Shown here: positions 11,590 through 23,880 of the stretch, piece by piece
How positions within the stretch are numbered: position 1 is the first letter of the stretch
Layout of the letters: each line of letters starts with the position of its first letter
NCBI GenBank assembly: GCA_026770705.1
Contig: JANJGN010000049.1
Coordinates: forward strand, 1,116,001-1,180,000
DNA: 64,000 nucleotides
From: Isurus oxyrinchus
Taxonomy: Eukaryota
Direction of reading: 5' to 3'
The notes under the pieces: generated by a model
The model's database searches: none
Told to the model about the DNA's origin: nothing
The model's input: only the letters and a program-made list of their open reading frames with translations
Position numbers and translations under genes: made by a program

Positions 11590-11830
11590 TTAAAGACAAA
11601 ATGTGCTGGAAAAAGCTCAGCGGCTGTGGCAGCATGTGTTGAGAGAGAAAGAGGCTTAATATTTCGAGTCCGTATGACTCTTCTTCGGAACAGCAGTCCT
11701 ATTGAACTCGAAGCCCTAGCTCTACTTATCTCTCCACACCTGCTGCCAGGCCGGCTGAGTTTTTCCCAGCATTCCTTTTTTTCCCTTTTAATTCAGATCT
11801 CCAATGTCCGCAGCATTTTGTTTTTTTTTT
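11590..11830. mobile_element. Penelope-derived inverted-repeat (palindromic) element
   Basis: GCTGGAAAAAGCTCAGC..GGCAGCA..GAGAGA..TTTCGAGTCC pairs with AACTCGAAG..TCTCTCCACACCTGCTGCC..GCTGAGTTTTTCCCAGC. Confidence 0.7.
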
Positions 11831-11999
11831 AAATTAGTATTATATTCAATACCCACTCTCTGTGAAGCTGAACATTAATCCACGGAACATAAGCCAGGAT
11901 GATGCATTATAGGAAGAGTTTTCTCTGATTAAGATCCCCTCTTTTGCCACTCCACTTGGTTCAAATCGAACTGGCGATTCTTTATTCTGTCATAGAGTG

Positions 12000-12290
12000 T
12001 GGTGGAATTGGCAAGGAAAGTGTTTCTTCTCTATCCCTAATTATCCTTGAACCAATTGGCTTATCAGACCATCATATAGGGCAGTCAATCGCATTGCGGT
12101 GAGTCTGCAGTCACATGTGCAGACCAAACCAAGTAATGGTAGATGCCATTCTAGTGATCCCGATGAGGTTGTATGATAAACAACAATAATTATTGCATCA
12201 TTATGGGAAGTAGCTTTCAATTACAGATTTCTTATTTAATTAATTCTTCCCGGATTATTTGCCCAGTGATATAATTACTTTGCCACTATC
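12000..12290 (-). mobile_element. Old SINE-like copy (family of 960-1310)
   Basis: ATCCCTAATTATCCTTGA...GCAGTCACATGTG inverted tail and body. Confidence 0.55.
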
Positions 12291-12829
12291 TGCTGGTTGA
12301 CTACATAAGCAGGCGGCCGGTGATTTAACTTGTCTTTGCCAACATGCCCTCGCAAATTAGGGATACGATAATTGTACGTTCACTTCTCGGTGATGCTTTC
12401 GAACATGATTATTGTCGTGGATTCGAGATGTGAGTATTTTTACATATGTTGATCGGACGAGGACGCTCTAGGCCCTTAGTGGGATGTGACCTTTGAGAAG
12501 TGAATGTTTTTGTATGTCTTTGATTGAACTAACTTCCGATGGCTCCTTGTTTTCCATTATCTTCCATTTTATTATTGTTCGCTCTGATGTCTTTACGCCA
12601 CCTTATTGCGAATAAGGATGATAATTTTACTTGCAGAAACAGTGCCCGGATAGGGAGCCGTAGTTTCCAACTCAATATCACGGATAAAGATACAGATATC
12701 AATGAAATTGCTGCAAAGCCAATGGTTTTGTTTGATGTCGGTTTAATAACGTTTCCTTCCTCGCTGTGTCACACACATACGTTCTCCAAATTTCTTTATT
12801 CTCTCTCTGTCTCTCTGTCTGTGTTCCAG

Positions 12830-13740
12830 CTAATTTGGTGGCCATTGCTATTCTCTCCCGAGGAAGGTGTGGTCTTTCCAGGTGCATCACTCGGTACCTG
12901 GTAGTCATGGCAATGGCGGATCTCCTGGTCATTATTACCGGCGTGATCTTAAACAGGATTGTTGGCATTTATTTCCCAGTGAGTTTCTTGTCCATCACGC
13001 CGTTATGCAGCCTTCGCTCCGTACTGAACTCTGCAACTTTTGGCACTTCTGCCTGGTTAACAGTCGCTTTTACCTTTGATCGATTTGTGGCCATTTGCTG
13101 CCAAAAGCTGAAAATAAAATATTGCACAGAGAAGACGGCGACGTACGTTATATGTGTAGTTTGTACAGTGAATTGTTTCAAATCTTCGTTCTTGTATTTT
13201 ATATATGAGCCCATGTACATAAGTAACAATATTCCCTGGTTCTGCAGCGTAGAAATTGCTTTTTATACATCACCTGCATGGGCTGCATATGACCTGATTC
13301 TTCACATTTTAATGCCTTGTCTCGCATTCATTCTAATCTTACTGCTCAATGCTCAGACCGTCAAACGCATTCTAAAGGCCAGTAGAGCCCGCAGGAGACT
13401 CCGGACCCAGAGAGATGGAGAGAATCAGAGTGACCCAGAAATGGAGAACCGGAGAAGGTCCATCGTCTTACTCTTCTGTATCTCGGGCAGCTTCATCCTG
13501 TTGTGGATTTGGTTTCTAATTAATTGTCTCTATGTCAGAATTGCGAGAGTCACGTATTTCTCTGGTTCAGATTTCAATGGGCTAAATTTTATTCTGGAGG
13601 AAACCGGAATAATGCTTCAGCTTTTGAGTTCCTGCATCAACCCGTTTATTTATGCAGGGACCCAGAGTAAGTTCAGGGAGGATTTAAAGAATGCGCTGAA
13701 ATTACCATGGATTCTCATTGTAAAATTTATTCAACAATAG
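12830..13740 (+). CDS. GPR139/GPR142-like class A GPCR copy 1, exon 2 (intact; spliced product 326 aa)
   Basis: Polypyrimidine tract and CAG acceptor at 12827-12829, then an open frame to TAG. Rhodopsin motifs: ANL (TM1), MAMADLL (TM2), FTFDRFVAIC (DRY-like), ECL2 PWFC, NPFIY (NPxxY) and helix-8 KFRE. Confidence 0.93.
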
Positions 13741-14759
13741 CAACATGTGCACGTGTGTTTAATTACAGCCTATATCACCTTTCATTGGGACCATCCTGTT
13801 CTGCCGGCGGTGGGTCAGGCCGTGTGCAGATCCACAGGCCACGATATCAAGGACCGTTTTAACAAGCTTGAAAAAAGCTTGAGTCATGATGTGCAGTAAA
13901 TTAAATTTCGTACTTAATTGAAGGGCGTTATTTCATTCGTGTCGCTGTTTATCGTTTGAGTAAAATATTACCATTAAAATGACAACACTATGTCGTCTCA
14001 TCGTTCTCCATTGTTCTAACCGCATATCTAGTTCAAGTGTCCATGAAGGGGATAGAGAGGCCCTGTTTAGGGCATTGTGTGCACCCTTGCTCCAAACTCT
14101 CAGAGAAAGTACCGCGAGAGGAGCCTTTGGAATCTGGGATCCTATGAAATAGAGGATAACAAGGGCAAGAAGAGACCATTCAACCCCTCCAGGCAATTTC
14201 ACCATTCATGCATATCGTGACTGACCTGCGTCTAAACCAGTTTCTCATTTGTGCTTAGGATCACTTAATAACCAACACTATATACTAATCCATAGATTTG
14301 AAGGAGAGGCTATCTGCCTCTCACTCATAGTTTCTCTCTCATTTTGTACTCTCGCTGTCTCCGTCTTTACCATCTTTAGTCCTCTCTGCCGATCCTTCTC
14401 GTTTATCTCACGTTTGGTTTCTGTGGCCGTCTCTCTCTCTCTCTCTCTCTCCCTCTCTTTCTGTCTCTTGACCTCTAAGACAAACGCAATCATTCTATTT
14501 TTCATTCCTTATCCATTTCAAATTGTGTTTCCATCTCTGGTTAAGTCCCTTTCTCTCGTGTTCTTTAAATGAAGCTAAAATCAATACTTAACTTCGGACA
14601 CAAAATAGCTTCCACTCCAATGTCAACACAACACCGAAGAATCAATTGAGTTCAGATCTAGGTCTTCGTGGAGGACACAACGGAACCAGCGTTGCGAATG
14701 TTTGTTTTCATTTGTGTCAACGAAGCTGCCTCTCCATACGCACAACATTTAACAGAATG

Positions 14760-15300
14760 GAATGAAATCGGGCTTCCGTTTTATGAGCAAAGTTTGGGCA
14801 GACTAGGTTTGTACCCGCTGGAGCTCAGAAGAGTAAGAGGCTACTTGATTGGAACATATATGGTTCTGAGGAATGTACGTGTACGTGGAAAGTTTGTGAG
14901 AGAATCTAGAACTTGGAGCCACCATTGTAAATTAGGCGGTCACCCATTTCTGTGGGAAATGAGTTTTGTTTTTCTCGCAGAGGATTGTGAGTCTTTGGAA
15001 CAATTTCCCATAAAAGACGGTGTAAACAGAGTCTTTGAAATGCTTCAAGGCGGAGATAGATATATTCTTGATGAACAAGGGCTGAAAAGTTGCCGCGGGG
15101 AGGCTATAGTAAGAAACAATAGCAGAAAATGTTGGAAAAACTCAGCGTTTCAGATTTCAAGCATCCGCATTATATTGCTTCTCCCTTGGGCGACAGTCAA
15201 GCCAGGTATGATATCGTTGAATCGTGGAGCAGGCCGGAGTCGGCCGAGTGGCCGACTGCTGCTCCTAACTCGGATGTGCATATGTTCTTATGTTTTACCG
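14760..15300 (+). mobile_element. CR1 LINE 3' fragment with a small Penelope-derived insertion (about 15115-15180)
   Basis: YEQSLGRLGLYPLELRRVRGYLI and SRTWSH CR1 C-terminal motifs, then the tail GGCCGAGTGGCCGACTGCTGCTCCTAA. Confidence 0.8.
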
Positions 15301-15539
15301 AGGTGTCGGCTAAATGCTTTAAATTCAAATTTCAAATGCAATATCTTCCCTTCTTGAGATATAATTTTCCTTAAGGATGTCAGTTTCGCTTAAAGCAGTG
15401 CTAGGCAAAGGCTAACTGCCGTAGAGCTAATCTTCTGATTTAGCCGGGTCTGTAAAAATGCCACAGCGTAAACCTAAATTTAATTTTGAAATTTTGAATA
15501 AATTAATTCCAATTTATTTTCACTGATTTAACACGGGAT

Positions 15540-17200
15540 TTATACTGTTGGAAGCCGACGTTCTTATGAAAAATCTGAATTGATTTCCAAAATGAAGTTC
15601 AAAGTTTGAAATTCGGATCTGGAAGCTAATAATCTCTGGATTTCCCGAAGCGCCATATACTGGCGAGATTAAGCAGCGTTCAATGCGTGGCTTCAGGATT
15701 GCGGCAGAAGGGACGGCTTCCAATTACAATCAATTCTGAAGGAAGAGCCACCGATACAAAATAGACGGATTCCACCTGAACAGGACTGGGGCTCATATAC
15801 TCTTCGGAAGGTTCACTGCTTCAGTTGGGTAGCGGGGAGGGGGGAAGTTAAATTAATTTAGCAATGAATGGCCACTATCCCATAGAAGTAATGAATCAGA
15901 AATAGCATCCATGCAATGTTAGCGTTTTATTGGACGGGAAAAGGAAATAATATCACGTTAGATCGGGAGCAGAGAAAAAAGGACTCCGCGGAATACGAGT
16001 AAAGGTTTAGCACCCACGTTTGTCATTGCACAATTCGGGGTGGATAATCTTGCTGAGTTACAAACACAAACAGCCACATGGTAAATTACAAGCACAAACA
16101 ATGATATGGGAATATGCTGCAGGGGCAATAATGCAAACCTGGCTGAAATATTCTGAGGACAGGAAACTTATTATTCCACTTTAAAAATGTTCTTAAAAGG
16201 CAGACTTCCAAAAAGGAATGGTGCTAGCATAACTGATTGGAGAAGACGCCGAGAATATTGAAAGAAAGGATATTATTAAAGTGGCAAGAATATAAAGCAT
16301 CAGGTTAGAGTTCAGAAGCCAAACCGGTAGAATACCACTTCCTGGGGTTGCTTTATTGGTCTTAAGCAAATGCGAATGAGAGAGAGGTTGGAAGAGAGAG
16401 AGAGAGAGGATGTGAGAGGTCATAAAGGGGTGAATTCAAAAGAGGTAAGTTTTATATGGTGCATATCATAATGCAAGACCTATAAAGTGCTGATATTGAC
16501 GAAACTTAAATACCCAAATGTCGTTTGCAATAATGTTAAAACAAAGGGTAAGGATGGGGGAGGATTTCTGCAATTTGTTCAGGGGAACATCCTTGACCAG
16601 CAAGTTCTCAGTCCAAATAGAAAGGAACGTTGCTTGGCCTGGCACTGGGGAATCAAGTGGGTCAAGTGAGCCAAATAACGTTAGCAGGAACTTTTGAGTA
16701 AAAGCGACCATCTTGTAGCAAGGTATAGATTATTAAGAGAGATGCACACAGAGCAATGAAGGCAGATTTTTAAAATTATCAGACAGCTAAATTCAATGTA
16801 AGAAGAGGAATCTAGAAAATTGAAAACACATCCAAGGTTTAATGAGGAAACTCTAACGTAACAATAGGTGACATTTCAGGAAGAGACATCTCAGCACAGG
16901 TTTGGCCCATTCCAACAAATGTTGAAAGCCAGGTCTCCAAATATGACGATGGAGATGGAGAATGAGATGGTGGAAAATAGAACCTGCAGGTGGCATGTGA
17001 GTGGAAATACTCAAGTGAAAGGCAGGCTAAATATAATAAGTCCAGTCATCAAGTAAAGAGAAAGTAAAACTGATAAAGAGAGAAATGAGAATAGAATGTG
17101 AGTGAACATGAAATAGAACTAAACAAAATGACTGTGCCAGCTGCCAAAGCCAGCGGGGCCGTTCAGGATGATCCACGATACATGTCTTTCCGTACATGAA
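15540..17200 (+). mobile_element. Highly decayed CR1 LINE 5' portion (ORF1 esterase and ORF2 endonuclease)
   Basis: ISG..P, NAWL and DGFHLNRTG SGNH-esterase remnants, then FLQFVQGNILDQQV-SPNR and SDH endonuclease remnants. Confidence 0.6.
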
Positions 17201-18414
17201 AAGGCAACCAATGATGCCATTGGACGGAGACACAGTGCCAGTGAAATACGTTACTTAAAGAAAGAATTCTGGAGAGGGGAGTGGGGCAGGGCTTCTCGTT
17301 CATATACACAGCTCAGGCAAGATGTACTGCTGCGTGATTTGTTTTCCATTTTCAAATTAAACAATTTGAGTTCAAAAGCTATAGTTGTTTTCAAATCTCT
17401 GAAATTTAATTTTATAGATTCCGCTACACTTATGAAAAAAAGGTCCATGAGTTTGCATGTAACGGAGAAAAGTGAAATTGCTTGATTTCTGATCTTCCAG
17501 ACATATCAATAAATGTAAAGTTTGACTGGCAATGCCCAACAGCGTTTTAAAGCTACAGAGGAGACTGAACTTGATTTCCTTGTCACAAAAATAGTAACGT
17601 CAATGCAAAAATTTTGATCATCGATTGAAAAAATAGCTGCCTCCCCAGTTTTGACTGCTCTAATTGTTACATTTTCAAATTTTTCAGACTGTGCACACCG
17701 ATCTTAGGAGCAGGAAAGGTCCTGAAGATCACTTTAAATGCCAGAGATGACAATGTGTGGAATGTGAGGCACAATGTGAGTTTTTCTTTAAACTGTTTTG
17801 GAGACGGGATATCGGCCGTTGTTTACTTACAGGTCTGCATTGGCGCGAAATATCTTTCAAAATTGATGGCAAGATGGCTTCATTAACTCTTTCATTGGCA
17901 TCCCTGCTCCTGGCTGCTGCATCTTTTGTCATTCGCAATGATGTCACAGAGTAACTCAATGCAACGTTGCATGCACCACAATGACAGCAAACGCAGTTCC
18001 CCTCAACCCTCGAACACAACCCATAGCACTCGGCCTTTCCCTCAATAGATTTGAGCTTATCTGCTCTCTCCCCTGATACGTTCAAGCTCTGCAGCAAAGA
18101 AAGATTGTATTCCCTATGGCGCAGTATTTGTTCAAATTTATAGATACCCTGGGATGGCCAAACATCATGGCATTCTTTTCCGCTGCAGTTGGATGAAAAG
18201 TAATGCAAAGCATTATGAATCACATTAGCTTGCTGGAGTTTCCGGGTAGATGATATATTGCGAATTCGGTTCAGCTTTGGGCTCCACTCAAAACTTACTT
18301 GGTCAGCCTGCACTCCATTGGCCTCTATCTCTCCCGAGGTATCCGCACGCAGTTGTGTTTTTCGCTCAAAGCTGGGTGCTCAGTTCATCAGCCGTGTCCA
18401 CCTGCACACTGCTT

Positions 18415-21400
18415 ATCACAGAATCACCGAATTTTAACGGCACTGAAAAAATCCATTCAGTCCATTGTTTCTGCACCGGCTCTCCAGATTAGCATTAGGG
18501 CCTAGTGCCATTGTTCTGCCTTTGCCCTGGACCCCTGCATATTTTCTCTACTTAAATAGTCATCGAACGCCCTCTTAAATGCCCTGATTGAACCTGCTTC
18601 CACGACACTTCCAGGCACGGCATTCCAAACCTGAAATACTCGTTGTTTGATAAAGCTTTTCTCATGTCACATTTACTTATTTTGCTAATCACTTTAAATC
18701 TGTGCCCTCTCGTTATTGCTCAATTTGCGAACGGGAACAGCTTATTCCTGTCTACTTTGTCCGCCCCCCGCCACCCGCCCCCCTCATGAATTTGAAAACT
18801 TCTATCAAGCCTTCTTCTTCCCAAGGAGAACAATCTTTACCTCTCCAATCTGTCCTCACAGCTGAAGTTTCTCATCCCCGGACATTTTCCTGTAAACCTC
18901 TTCTGCAGTCTCTCCAATGCATTCACATCTTCCTTATAATGTCGCAGCCAGAACTGTACACATTATTCCAGCTGAGGTCTAACGAGTGTCTTCCTTAAAC
19001 TCAGCATAATCCCCTTGCTTTTGTACTAAATTCTCGTGTTAATAATACCCAGGTAACTTTGTACTTTATTAACTGCTCTCTCTACCTGTCCGGCCACCTT
19101 CAATGATCTATGTACAAAAACGCTGAGGTCGTTTTGCTCCCTGCACCTCCTTTATTTTATTTTGTCTGTCAATGTTCTTCCGACTGAACAGCATCACCTC
19201 ATACCTCTCCACATTGGACTTCATCTGCCACTTGTCTGCCCACTCTACCAAATTGTCTATGACCTTTTGAAGATCTAGACTGTCCTCCTCGCAGTTTGCG
19301 ACATTCCCACGCATCGTATCATCCAACAACTATGAAATTCTCCCCTGCAACCAAGGTCGAGATCATTAATATATATTAGGAACAGCAAGGGTCCCAAATC
19401 TGACCACTACAAACCAACATCAGTCCAAAAAATATCCATTGACCATTATTCCCTGCTCCCTATTTTGCTACCAATTTGTATCCATGTCGCCACTGTGCCT
19501 TTTATTCAATGAGCAATGACGTTTCTCACAAGTCTGTTGTATGGCACAGTATCAAGTGCTTTTTTCAAATCCCATCTACAGCACATGAACAACATTACCC
19601 TCATTGACCTTTTCTGTAACCTCTACAAAAAACTCCAGCAAGTTATTTAAACATGACTCTACCTTTACAAATCCATGTTGCCCTTCCTTGTCAACCCACA
19701 TATTTCCATGTAACGACTAATTATATCCCGAATAATTTTTTCTAGAATCTTGCCCACCACTAAGGTTAAAGTTACTGGTCTGTAATTCTTGGGCTTATCC
19801 TGACAACAGAATAAGGGCGCAATGTTTGCAATTCTCCAGTCCTCTGGCACATCCCCTGAGTTAAGGAAAGACTGAAAATTTATTGCCAGTGCCCCTACAA
19901 TTTCTATTCTCCTTCGCTTCAATATCCTTCAATGTACCTTGTCCAGTTCCGTCTCTTGTCACCTTTAAGGACCGACAGTCTATTCGCTAATCAATTTTGA
20001 ACCCTTCAAATGACAGAGTTTCTTCTTCAGCATGGCCTGGGTAGAAGCTACGTCCTTGGTAAAGATGGATGCAATGTAATCATTTAATAACTCAGTAATA
20101 GCCCCTTCATCGAAGTGTAAATTGTTTAAGTCCCTAATTAGTCAGACTGCTCACTTTACATCCCTTTTCTAATTCTTATGACTTTGTGATTCTCCTTTAT
20201 GTTGGCTGCCAGTCTTTTTTAATAATCCCACTTCGATTCTCTAATATGCTTTTCTCACCTCCCTCTGAACCATCTGCATCCATTTTAGTTCTCAATTATA
20301 TTTTCTACCAGGCACCTGTCATAAGCACAATTTTTATTCATTATCTTAACATCTATATCCTTTTTCACCCAGGGACTTCTGGTTTTGTTTTCTATACCTT
20401 TCCCTTTCGATAGAACATACCTTGACTGTACACGAACCAATTCGTTTTTTTTAAGGTAAGCTATTATTCAGCTGCAGATCTCCCCGTCAATCTTTCATTC
20501 CCGTCTATTCAGCTCATCTCCGTTCATGCTCCATCGAGGTTGGCTGTTGTGCCGTTAAATATTCTTACCCTACCAGTCGTTTTTACCATTTTCTTAAAAT
20601 GTACAATGCAGTGATCACTGTCCCCAAAAGTTTCCACCAAAGATACTTGATCTATTTGGCCCACCTCACCTCCAGGCCCAGAATCAGGTCCAACAGTCCA
20701 TATTGTACTTGATCAATTGGACACAAATTGCTCTGGAAAATTTTCCTGAACACAATATAGGAACCTTTGCCCCTTTCTGCCCTTTAAACAACCACGGTCC
20801 CAATACTTACGCACAGGTAATTGAAGTCCCCTACAGTAACTGCTCTATAATGCTTGCATTTCCCCCCAATGTGCATGCAGATTTATTCTTCTACATCTTT
20901 CTCATTAGTTGGCGGTCCAAAGACCACACTAAGCAATGTAATTGCACACTTTTCTTTCTTAGATCTTGCCAAATTGATTCAATCCTTGAACTCTCTGAGA
21001 CATCCTCTTTCTATGGCACTTCAATGCCTACCTTAACCAATGCCACCACGCCTCCTCCTTTCTTTCCTTTCTTATCTTTTCTGAACACCTTGTACCAAAG
21101 AATATTTAACACCTAGTTCTGCCATTCCATGAGCCAGGTCTTTGTTATCGTCAGAACATCATGTTTCCACATAGCAGTCTGCGCCTGTAACTCCTCAATC
21201 TTATTCACTATGCTCTGTGTATTCAAAAAAGCATAGTAATACTGACCTAAATATTATTACTTTCCCCCGCAACCCGATTCTACCTGTTAACTTTCTATTC
21301 TCTATTCTAGTGCTATCGTCCCCCTCCCAGTATTTTGTGCACTCTGGCTTTGTGTACCTCTCTAGTATCTTCTCTTGGTTCCCGCACCGTCCCAACAGCA

Positions 21401-21800
21401 CTAGTGAAAAGCCCCGGATGGAACTCAGTCCCAGATCTGTACAGGTGTTACCTATCCAGCTTGTACAGATTCATCTCCCCGAAAGCCAAATCCAGTGTCC
21501 CAGCATTCGAGAGCCCTCCCTCTTGCACCATCTTTCCAGTCACGTATTCATCCTATTTCTGTGCTCACTGGCACAAGCCCCTGGGAGTAATCCAGAGATT
21601 ACTACATTTGAGGTCCTGTTTGCTAATTTTCTACCGAGCTCCTGATTGCAGGACCACATCCTCTCTTCCTACCTAAGTCATTGGTAGCAATGTGGACCAC
21701 GACCTCTTTCTGTTCACCAAGCCCCCTACACCCGACCCCCACGCCGAAGAATATTTTGCAGCCACTCTGTGATATCCTTGACCCTAGCATCAGGGCGGTA
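18415..21800 (-). mobile_element. Long decayed CR1 LINE (ORF1 esterase, endonuclease, RT, 3' tail)
   Basis: Minus-strand peptides VVVHIATNDLGRKR (ORF1), GDVPEDWRIANIAPLF, NYRPVTLTLVVGKILE and LVEWADKWQM (RT). CR1 tail near 18415-18490. Confidence 0.88.
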
Positions 21801-22069
21801 ACATGCCACCCTAGAGTCATATCTCCTTCTACTTCCTCTGACCCTTTAGTCAAAGGCCACGAAATCCCATGTGTCTTCATGAGCAGGAACAGACAAGGAC
21901 TTGTCAATGGACAAGCTGTTTACTAACAGACTTACACATTTGATTCTCTGCTAACCAGCAGCCTGTCTTAAAAATCATTAATAAACCAGCATGAAGAAGC
22001 AAAGAGCATGTCAACTCACTTCGCTCACATACTGGAGGGATAACGTCGGTCAATTGGTTAACCTAGTTA

Positions 22070-22145
22070 GTTCCAAGTTATTGTAGTGGTTAGCACCTAC
22101 ACCAGTTAAGGTGGAGACCCGAGTTCAAATCTCCCAGTACTGAAT
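22070..22145 (+). mobile_element. tRNA-derived SINE head or tRNA-like relic
   Basis: TGTAGTGGTTAGCAC (A box) and CCGAGTTCAAATCTC (B box). The acceptor stem does not pair convincingly. Confidence 0.5.
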
Positions 22146-22189
22146 CGTTACTGCCTTAATGCCTTAGGATCGAAATTGGGTAGCTTTGA

Positions 22190-22400
22190 TATGCTGAATG
22201 TCCAACAATGTATGCTATTTGGAGTAACTCGCATTCGTAGTGAATGGAACCATGATGAACAGAATTTCCACACACACAGGATGTGACGCTGCTGCGCTTG
22301 GCGAGTTAATGCTGAATTCGCACATGCTGAACATGATGAATGGGCACCGAATGTAACTGTGCTGAACTGGAGACGGAATGTAATCAGGAAGAAATCGGCC
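22190..22400 (+). repeat. Degenerate 35-bp repeat upstream of GPCR copy 2
   Basis: GTGAATGGAACCATGATGAACAGA and CCGAATGTAACTGTGCTGAACTGGA match the 35-mer. Confidence 0.7.
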
Positions 22401-22519
22401 TGTCACTAGTGCAATTGGCTGATATGGCCAAAATGCATGCCTACCTATTTTTGTTTTAATGCGGACATTTACCTGTGATCACTTTGTACATTTCAATTTA
22501 GATCTGTGTCAGATTCCAT

Positions 22520-22701
22520 GAAAAACATTCCATCCAACTGCAATAAAACAAACACCAGTCCCAGCAGCAGATTCACTAATTTGTTTCTTACAAAATTAAT
22601 TAAAGTTATTGCAAACCAGCTAATTATCTCCCTGGTGCCATCAGGTATAAATTTGTCAATTTTTGGTGCAGTGCTGAACGCGCTCAGACCTTCTCATTGA
22701 A
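22520..22701 (+). promoter_or_regulatory. Proximal promoter of GPCR copy 2
   Basis: CAGCAGCAGATTCACTAAT, TTAATTAA, TAATTA-TCTCCCTGGTG (22621-22637) and TATAAAT (22646-22652). Confidence 0.7.
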
Positions 22702-23179
22702 ATGCATGGATTACCAAAAGGCCTGCTCTTTGCCATTTACTGTCCCGCCATTGCAGCTATCGGGGTTCCAGGTAAAGCTAGTAAGTAGCTGCATGAATTA
22801 TTGGTGAGCTATATCAGTGCTCCCATTTTAGCAGTAGCGCATCTCCATGTAACCGATGTTGTTTTCCAATCTAATGGAATATATTTTCTGTTTTCTTTTC
22901 AATTAACTGCCTTAATTTCTCTTCCGCTATCATTCTTCCACTTTAATGGTATTATCTCTCCATTTGACACAATATTTTCTTCAATTTACCTGCATAATTC
23001 CGCAGTATTAATGCTATAATTCCTCCCCTTCAACAGTCTTACTTAATCCTTTTACCAGCGAAGTATATTTACATTACCTGCATATTTTCAACCCTTTAAC
23101 TGATTTTCTCGTGTTAAGCATCATTTTATCACATGAATTGAATAATTTGTCCCAGTTATCACGCCATTTCGAGATGAGT

Positions 23180-23600
23180 AAAATTGGATTGCTCTTTTGG
23201 ACGTTACTGTGTTTAAATTAATACAATATTATCATGATATGAAGGCAATTCTATTGCATGTTTGACAATGCTATTGTGGGGGGATTGCCATTAAGTTATT
23301 CTGGTGCAAAGAGTGTTCAATTGTGACATTGGTACTGTTCCTGTGGCTACATTTTCAAACCGTGATAACAGTGTAATTGGAGTTCTAATGTGCCATTGTC
23401 TGTGACAGAGAGAGGAGTATTACAGTATCATCCCTGTGAACACGTAGATCAACTGAGCTACAGACATTGTGTTTGTGAGTGAATTAAGTCGCCGTTTTCA
23501 CTGTGCGATTGCAACTCAGTTGTATTGTTGCCACTGTTACTGTGGGCGAATTATGATAGCGTGGTCACTGTGAGTGTAGATCTATTGACTTCGATAATGG
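23180..23600 (+). repeat. Degenerate roughly 66-bp tandem repeat in the copy 2 intron
   Basis: The ATTGTG..ATTG..ACTGTT.CTGTGG motif recurs at about 23187, 23252, 23319, 23386, 23450, 23518 and 23583. Confidence 0.6.
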
Positions 23601-23649
23601 GGGGATAATTCCCACATGTACTTCATTGATTGAGGTGTGAACACTTTCT

Positions 23650-23880
23650 GACTGGGTGGTCTTGTGGTGTAGCGGGTAGCGTCTCTGCCTGTGAAGCAGA
23701 TATTCTGGATTCAAGCCAGGGCCTGATGATCTCGGGAGGTGCGGACATAAATGGCTAAATAGGTTGAAAATTAAGCTGCAACTCCTTCCAACACATAGAT
23801 GACAGCCGCTAAGCCCAGTAGAGGCTCCTGGTCAGCCAGAAGATGTGGCAGTTGTGGCGCAAGAACCTCCTGACGTTAAA
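23650..23880 (+). mobile_element. tRNA-derived SINE
   Basis: TCTTGTGGTGTAGCGGGTAGCGTCTCTGCC...GGATTCAAGCC head; a related copy lies at 53730-53850. Confidence 0.55.

Noticed and set aside
12766-12829. N-terminus of the 324-aa ORF-track protein
   Set aside because: It starts at GTG and runs through the polypyrimidine tract and CAG acceptor. The real start is exon 1 at 10508.
12830-13740. Assigning the symbol GPR139
   Set aside because: A multi-copy divergent paralog. Orthology cannot be established without phylogeny and synteny.
14668-15357. 229-aa ORF as a host gene
   Set aside because: Chance read-through of a CR1 3' fragment with a Penelope-derived insert.
17729-18313. 194-aa minus-strand ORF
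   Set aside because: No recognisable domain or splice context. A possible weak inverted similarity to 37350-37480 and 52390-52510 could not be confirmed by eye.
22070-22145. Functional tRNA gene (also 8010, 23650, 53730)
   Set aside because: A and B boxes are present, but there is no complete cloverleaf. These fit SINE heads.
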